A stretch of DNA of 52,921 nt from a virus, in IMG/VR virus record IMGVR_UViG_3300010263_000121. One strand, given 5' to 3'. Position numbers and translations under genes: made by a program. The notes below the pieces were generated by a model. That model did not search any database, was not told where the DNA came from, and saw only the letters and a list, made by a program, of their open reading frames with translations. Shown here one piece after another: positions 52,198-52,921 of the stretch (its first letter is position 1; the number at the start of each line of letters is the position of its first letter).

Positions 52198-52921
52198 CTA
52201 GACGGCATAATCGGGCTTCGGCAGGTTCGCGACTTTACGCAGGTAATCCTCCAGCTTTTCATCAGGGAAGAGGTCCATACCGGCTCCGGCGAGTTTTGTG
52301 ATGTAGTCTCCGAGCTCTGTCAGGTTCGGCACTTCGATGTCTCCAGGCACGAGCTTAGGCAGCTTCTCAAGCCGGAAGCTGTTTAGAGCAAAGAGCCTCG
52401 GAATAGCTATCCGGTTGAACTGCGCTGCGATCACATTGAGCCAGGTGCCGAGAGCCACCGAGAAGAGGTGCGTCTTTGACGAAGCCAGAGAGAAGCTCCC
52501 GACCTGCTCATGCCCAAGGAGGATGAAGTCCGCAAGCACGGTCATTGCGATCCGCTGGTCATAGCGGGCGATCACCGCGTCCGTATTGAACTGCCGCGTG
52601 CCGCCTGTTGAAAGAAGCCCAAAGTCAAAGACCTTATTGCCGTTCTCGTCATAGACCAGGGGGAACACAATTCCTTCCTGCTCGTCACGCCGGACATTGG
52701 TTACGATGCGTTTAATTGATTCTAAGACCTGCCTATCTTCAGGCGATGCGTTAGGAGATAAAAGCTCCGGCGGCACCCAAGCGATAGGAAGGCCCGCAAG
52801 GTCCCTTTCAATGCCGATGCCCTCAATCGTCTCGATGTGCTTTTTGAAGTACCACGGCCTAAATGCGGACCTGAGCACCGACCGCCCTTCAGGGTTGTTT
52901 TTATAGCTTGTAGTACGGAAC
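52198..52921 (-). CDS. Portal protein, C-terminal part (open to the window end; the last 123 nt duplicate 1..123)
   Basis: Track ORF 52198..52878 is an internal-Met artefact. The frame continues through the terminal repeat into 1..671. Confidence 0.8.
   Translation of the reverse strand, partial: FRTTSYKNNPEGRSVLRSAFRPWYFKKHIETIEGIGIERDLAGLPIAWVPPELLSPNASPEDRQVLESIKRIVTNVRRDEQEGIVFPLVYDENGNKVFDFGLLSTGGTRQFNTDAVIARYDQRIAMTVLADFILLGHEQVGSFSLASSKTHLFSVALGTWLNVIAAQFNRIAIPRLFALNSFRLEKLPKLVPGDIEVPNLTELGDYITKLAGAGMDLFPDEKLEDYLRKVANLPKPDYAV
52799..52921. repeat. Terminal direct repeat, exact copy of 1..123
   Basis: Identical to the window start. See the feature at 1..123. Confidence 0.95.

Overview
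The window is a complete, circularly closed ~52.8 kb tailed-phage (siphovirus-like) genome. Bases 1-123 are an exact copy of 52799-52921, so the unique length is 52,798 bp and the portal gene is split across the window ends. Almost all genes lie on the minus strand. Reading minus-sense around the circle, the modules are:
- Early/recombination genes: amidoligase + GGCT module, PH-domain protein, AAA_24-type ATPase.
- An XRE regulator and a tyrosine integrase.
- An accessory island: NgoMIV-like R-M system with Vsr, a caspase-like protease, an HTH-ParA with a coiled-coil partner, and a KAP P-loop NTPase.
- A visibly AT-richer plasmid-like replicon: iterons, a possible countertranscript RNA and a Rep initiator, followed by a tnpB-only IS200/IS605 element.
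- A second Rep/DnaD-like gene, RusA and a sigma-r4-like late regulator.
- A ParB-N/methyltransferase cluster.
- TerS, TerL and portal, then a complete head, neck and tail module: MuF-like, ChaB-XkdF, scaffold, DUF2190, major capsid, two tube paralogs, G/GT chaperones with a GGGAAAC slip site, a W-repeat tape measure, a beta-helix tail protein and a SleB-like lysin.

A ~6 kb mostly plus-strand cargo patch (27.65-33.5 kb) sits next to an IS3 element. It holds an AAC(6')-Ii-like acetyltransferase, an SdpI-like protein and fragments of sensor genes.

The leads most worth follow-up are:
- The Rep + iterons + type-Ia-like ParA combination, which suggests a phage-plasmid lifestyle.
- The KAP NTPase / coiled-coil / HTH-ParA / caspase cluster, a possible undescribed conflict system.
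- The amidoligase-GGCT module.
- The phage-borne TnpB.
- Two unexplained structured or repetitive non-coding regions (8.9-9.3 kb and 51.6-52.2 kb).

All family assignments come from motif reading only; no database search was run.
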